From Auanema rhodensis (lineage: Eukaryota; Animalia; Nematoda): DNA of 64,000 bases. Within the stretch, counting starts at the first letter, position 1. Every line of letters begins with the position of its first letter. Location of the stretch: positions 7,130,001 to 7,194,000 of the forward strand of contig OZ059898.1 in NCBI GenBank assembly GCA_964057225.1, given 5' to 3'. A model generated the notes under the pieces. That model saw only the letters and a list, made by a program, of their open reading frames with translations. It did not search any database and had not been told where the DNA came from. Shown here piece after piece: positions 58,055-64,000 of this stretch. Made by a program: the position numbers and the translations under genes.

Positions 58055-61000
58055 TTTGATAGAGAAATTTTCCTATTATGAATAATGAATCAGTTAGTAT
58101 TGTTGCAAGCAGTGTGTATCTAAGCGGTAAATTTTTCTGGAAAAAAAAGCTTAATATTACATTAGAAAACTATTGAAATCAATGAATTTGAAATGGGGAC
58201 ATGAATAAGATGTTGTGTTAGGATCGAGGTATGAATAAGATGTCGGAATGAGATAGACCTGAAAATCGGATAATCAGCTATGTTCATCGCTTTCCTTTCA
58301 CAGTCAAATGTAGATAGATTGAACTTTGAGATAAATCCCCAATCTCGAACCATTTTATAACTGAAAAAGAACTTGAAACTTTTAAATGAATTATATTTAA
58401 ACTTATAAACGAAATACATCTCATCCTGATAACAACTAGTACAATAATTCCTATGAATCTAGTTTAAGAGTAAATAGCCATTTTGCTATAATAAAAATAA
58501 AGTCTTGTCCAAGAATAGAAAAGAGAAATTAAAAAACAGACATATGCATGCATTTTGAGCATATTTTGTCCTAGCGGAGCATTATGTAAGCCCTGAATAG
58601 GCTTTTTGATTACTTTTTAAACTTTTTTTCTAGTCACATTAAACATCACTATACTAGAGATTTTGAGTTTTGAGCAATTGAAAACAATAAAATGACAAAG
58701 TTATTTGTATTCTTATCGAGTTTCTACAGTATGTGATATATTTGAATTTCAGCTGATAATAGTTTTATCCGAATACGATCCCATTTTCTCATATAATTAT
58801 AGGTTTTTTACTATGCTCAAATTTCATGCCAAGAAAACATACCAAAAAATCTTTTGTCACTCTCAATCTATCGTTGATATTTCGAGCAATTTTATATAAT
58901 ATCGGATATAATTCAAAATTATTGAAGTTTTCATCAACATTATTATATTTATTAAGTATTTGAAAATCAAAAAAAAGTAATATAACAAATATAAACATAA
59001 AAGTACAATTGGAAAATGAACTGTTAGACGAAAATAAAGAAAAGATAAACATAAGAGAAGTGTGTTTCCTTTTATGTATATACGTATACTCTCTCTTTCT
59101 CTCTCTCTTTCTCTCTCTCTCTTCTACTATCCCTTCATATTACTCTTCTGAAATAATCAAATAGTTTTATTTTTACTTTTCATTAATTTTTTTCTATTGT
59201 TCTAATGATAGTTAAAAACAATAAATGAAATGCTATTTAACAACAATTTGAACTGCTTTTTCTTCATAAAAAGATAAATTTTCATATGTTATACAATTCT
59301 AATTCAATAGAAAGTATGCTTAATAAGATTTTAATTAGTTTCAACGGTTTGTTTTGAAACACAAATATGGGCCCAAACAGGATGGAATGAATTCGCAAAC
59401 TTTGATGCATTAGAGAAAAAGCTGTTCCGGCCATATAGTGTATAGAAATTTATATAAAAATTCAAAATTATTTATTTTTTTATTATTTCATCTTCAATTT
59501 CATCTTCAATTTCTTTATTTATTTAAGTATTATTTGAATAATTTTTCAATTTTCTTATATAATTGCTATTAAGTTTTCGCTCAAAACGGTTTAGAAAAAT
59601 AGTGACTAAGCTGACATATACATCAACCATGATTGAGTTTATGCAAAAAAATTAGCAACTCATAAATAAAGTTCTGTTTTTCATTGCTACAAAAGTATTG
59701 AACTACAAAAATTCGAAATTCATGACAACGTTTTGTTAGCTTCCTCAAAAACCTTTCGCACATCAATTCTCATGTATTCTATGCTTTTGGTGATCTTTGT
59801 TTATTCACATGAATATAGACAAATGTTTAGTAAACTTATCTATATCTTTTGTAATCTTCTTTTTTTGCGGTATCAAATAACGTTGGAAAATTCTTTTAGC
59901 CCAATCCTATTCAATTACTATCAAAAAGCTGTTTGAGTCAATCACTCTACCCACCGTCATCGTTTTATGTTATTTTCTGGCCTTTTCCAAGCGAACAACA
60001 TTCATTCAATTCCTTTTCTTCCTTTTTCTCTCGGTTTTCAGTACACTAAGATTTAAATTCTTAAACTAATAATTGGAACTACATCCTTAGTCCGTTATGT
60101 ATTTTATGTATACATGAATATACTATATATACATAGATTTCTTCCAGTTCTTATGTTGTTTCCTTCATATCTGACAGCAGATATGACAGTCTGAAACTCC
60201 CAAATATCAGACATTTTTTCTTTGCTTTTCTTCCGCATAAATATTCTTTGAGATAGACATTCATTTGAATTCTCCTATTTCTATATTTCTTATAATGCGT
60301 TTTTTACTTATAACGGACTATATACGATATAACTATATAAAGAAGTCCTCTATATATTATAATTTGTTTTAAAAATTCAACTTATATCTTAAACTTGCAT
60401 GTTGATTTTTTTGTGTTGAAAGGCAGGCAGATTTTCACTTTATTTTTATTATTTTACTGAGAGCCAAAATATAACTGAAGATCTCTCAGCAACATGAGAT
60501 AGAAAAAAGCTGTGGTGAATGAGGTATTAGTCAAAATACCTGATGAGCAAAAAGCATTTGTCATCCCTCGTGTATATATTCTTATAATGCTTGAAAGAGC
60601 TTTTAAAACTAAAATATCTATTTATTACTATATTTATCATTCAGGTGTATTTGTTTCTTTTAAGAGTTTTACATAGTTTATTATTATACTTGAACTCTCT
60701 TAGATCTCATAAACTTCGTACTAACAAACCTTTCACACTCATAGACCTGAATACTAGTAAAGTTTCTATGGATAACAGAAAAAAAACTTAGAAAAAGTAT
60801 TTTCCGAGAAAAAACAATATGCCACCAGATAATTTTATGAGATACATACATAAAGGCAAGAGAAGAGAGTCAGTATAGAACGTTAAAGAGATAGAGAAAC
60901 GACACCCCGTTTAGTAGGTGTATTAACGGGTTAAATGGGAAAACAGAACTATCCTTATTATTCGCCAGTTATTTTCTTCTTTAGAAAAAACCCAAATTGA

Positions 61001-63816
61001 GTTTCTTCACTATTTCAACACCAGCTGTTGCTGGCTCATTGAAGCAATGCTTCGTTCATTGCTTATAATTTGTGAGCTGAAACAGCATTGAAACAATTTT
61101 TCTTTTAGTTGTTTTTTGCTATTTCCTCTGAAATATGCACACTATATAAATCTAGAAAAGATTAAATAAAATAAAAAATTATATATATATATACATCTAT
61201 CTATCTATCTATCTATCTCTCCCTCTCTATGTGTATATATATATTCATATTCCGCCTGACGAAATTTTTATTCGTTTGGTTTTATAGTTTATTTTCTCAT
61301 AATCGGTTGCCAGTTTTCATTTCCGCTTACGTTTGATATATGTATCATTCATGCCTTCTTCTCCTAATTTACGTCTCTACACCTGAAGTAATTTTTTTCT
61401 TTTAAAATTATTGCATGTTCATGCTCTACCGTTCAACATTCTGTCTATTGTTTAGTTATTTCCTGACGAACAAACATGAATTTTCAGACTGAAGATTCAA
61501 ACAAAAAGTTGAAAAGAAAAAACAAACTTCTAACACACGAATGCCTTTTCATTATCTTCCGTTCTATTTTAACACGTTCGGTTGACTTCATTCAAAAATA
61601 TTCAATTTCTGGTCAAACCATCGTTTTAATACTAGAGTTTCCAAAGCATAACTATCCTTTATTAATGGTAATTCAATTCTTCTTCCTTTCACAACAATCT
61701 AATTTGAATATTCGAAAATATTTTGTAAAACTCTTCTTCATATCAGCTTAAATATACAAATACAAGTATAATAAAATTTCTTTGTGCACTCTTGTCAATG
61801 GTATAAAAATACTTCTTAGTATCTTCAAGAAAGCTTCTAAGTGTTATAAGAATTTGAAGAAAATATGATAAATTTATCTTATATGTACATATGTTTTTTT
61901 CATAATGTTAATGATAATATGTTAGAAATGGAGTGAAAATCATGTAAAGACTTCGTGTATATTCGAATTAATTGAATAATTATTGGAAAACATGCCCTTC
62001 AAACATTCATATATTTTCTAAAAGAAAAACAATAAAAAAGAACACAAGTTCTATTGAAACAAAATCTAAAAAAAGCACTACCTATGATATCCAAGAAAAT
62101 ACGACAAAAATTATTTTTAAGCTTAAAAATCTCAAGTTTAAAAACATTTTCTTTGCTGTTTCATGTTTCTCAAATGATCTTTTCATAATCATTCAATAGA
62201 TAAATACGCTCTATGAATAATAGGTTGCTGACGACGTGCACTCAAAAAAAATTGAAATTGAGATTTGCACATTGCTATGATGGGGCCAGCTATTTTGCTC
62301 GAGCAATACGTTCATTATTCACATTCAATCTTTTCTAATTTTTCTTTTCCCTTTTCCAGCTAGATTATTAAATTGTCTGTGTCAAGCTTCTATATATGCC
62401 TACATGTATATATTTTTCTATATATACTATATATAAATATAAATATATATATTATGGATGTATTAAAGTATAGATATACATACGTTTATACATGTAGATA
62501 AATTATCTGAGTTCACATTTTTTTTAAATGTTCATGCATTTTTTTTTTGAATAATTAACAAAAAAAATTTCTGTAGTTCTGAAGTTTTCTCATTTTTTAT
62601 TAATAAATATAATAAAGACAGGCATCAACTATCCTAATATCTATATATAGCTTATCTGTATCATTGACCAACCACTTAAGGATCAGAAGTCGGATGTCTG
62701 CACTAGAAGCTGACATCATCCCTCTCATCAGCCAGTACATGAAGCCATAATTGTGAAACAGAATGTTATCGAAAACTGTCAACAGAAGAAATATGAAAGG
62801 GTGCCAAAGAACATTCACGGCGTGTTTCTTCTACTTTTGTCTCGCTAGAGTTGAATGAAAAAAAATTATGCTTGCAAGCTTTTACGCTTTTCAAGTATAT
62901 TTGGAACAGAATTAATAAATATGAATGGTCAGCACCTTTTTCACAATAATATTATTATAAACAACATTTTCGGTTAAAAAAAACACATCGAAAACAAAAA
63001 AAATAAAGTGTGAAGTAAAAACTTGCTTTAGTAAAACTCCTCTACCTTTTCATCATGTATGTATTTTAGACGAAGACGTTTATTCATCCTGTCATTAATC
63101 AACATTGAATTGTTTTTTAACATTTTAAAGAATATTCATTTCTTGTTTATATAAGAATATTTAATTATTATTTTTCTTCTTATTGATATCATACTTGATG
63201 ACAAAAGCTCATTGATCTCTTCTATTTTATAATTTTTTTTTCAAATTACTTCATTGCTCTGCAGAAAAAAAAAATGTTGTTAACTCTTACTAAATTTCTC
63301 ATTGGGAGAGTGAAACTCTAAAGATTAAAGTCAAAAGAGAGATTATACTTCAGACTATTGAAATAATCTTGCTTGAATTCAGCATTATTCCACTGAAAAG
63401 TGAGAACATAATGAATGAGAGCACAGAACGAAAGGTGAAAGATTGGGATGTAAAGGACGCAGGATGTTCTCATTATTTCGGCATTTCCTTTTTTTCTCGA
63501 AATAACAATTTTTGATTTTTATTTCTCATTTTTAATTGTTTCTTTTTCTGTTTCCATTGTTCGAGGTGTTCTCAATTGTTTTTCTTGCATTTAAAGATTG
63601 GAATGCTTGATGTGCATGTCAAGAATATCTTTGAAGTTCTGTGGCGTCCTCGTTTCATGTGGTCCATCCCATACTATGATGTGCTGCTGGTCTTACATAT
63701 CGTTGTTGTAGAATAAGTAAAAAAATGTTCATTTTGGCTTTCGTCCTTGATTCTAGAATATACATATTCTTTCTCTCTCTCTCTCTCTCTCACTATATAT
63801 ATATATATATATATAT

Positions 63817-63847
<31 letters not shown>

Positions 63848-64000
63848 TATATATATAGAATATGTATGTATATATGTATATTATATAAAGAATATATATA
63901 TATATACCCTTATATTCATCCAACTACAAATCTTCTACAACAGTAATGCTGTTTCAATTGAAAATCTGTTTTTTGTTTTTCTTCTATTTATTGTTCATAT

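Noticed and set aside
62600-63716. GC-richer patches near the right end (72-aa minus ORF; 63600-63716)
   Set aside because: No frame gave a splice-consistent, recognisable protein. They may be UTR or regulatory sequence of a gene beyond the window.

Overview
Very AT-rich eukaryotic DNA from a nematode, probably a rhabditid/clade V species. The evidence is TTTCAG/TTTTAG acceptors, 40-50 nt introns, C. elegans-like tRNAs and him-3/htp, doxa and twk family genes. Genes were assembled by hand from splice sites, because most entries in the supplied ORF track are exon fragments or noise. 1-36 kb is gene-sparse and rich in microsatellites. It holds a NOSTRIN-like F-BAR/SH3 gene with an antisense GT92 gene nested in one intron, a small Cys-rich membrane protein, a DUOX maturation factor (tRNA-Val and a palindrome array in its last intron), a 700 bp Tc1/mariner-type MITE, a GNAT gene with an intronic tRNA-Trp, and a two-pore K+ channel with a long tail. 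36-58 kb is gene-dense: a minus-strand, operon-like run (NAA15, PHKG, XPD, TACO1, two meiotic HORMA paralogs), then idi-1 and spcs-3 on +, and usp-46 and a second GT92 on -. The main finding is that both HORMA paralogs need an AT-AC intron at the same position and phase to complete the HORMA domain. These introns look like U2-type sites with swapped terminal bases (AG|ATAART ... TTTYAC|R), and retaining them gives an immediate AGA-TAA stop. One paralog also has a GC-AG intron. Other leads are the multiple LC8-type QT motifs and a stop-containing cassette exon flanked by YGCY/UGCAUG motifs in the K2P channel, and a structured intergenic island at 55.2 kb.
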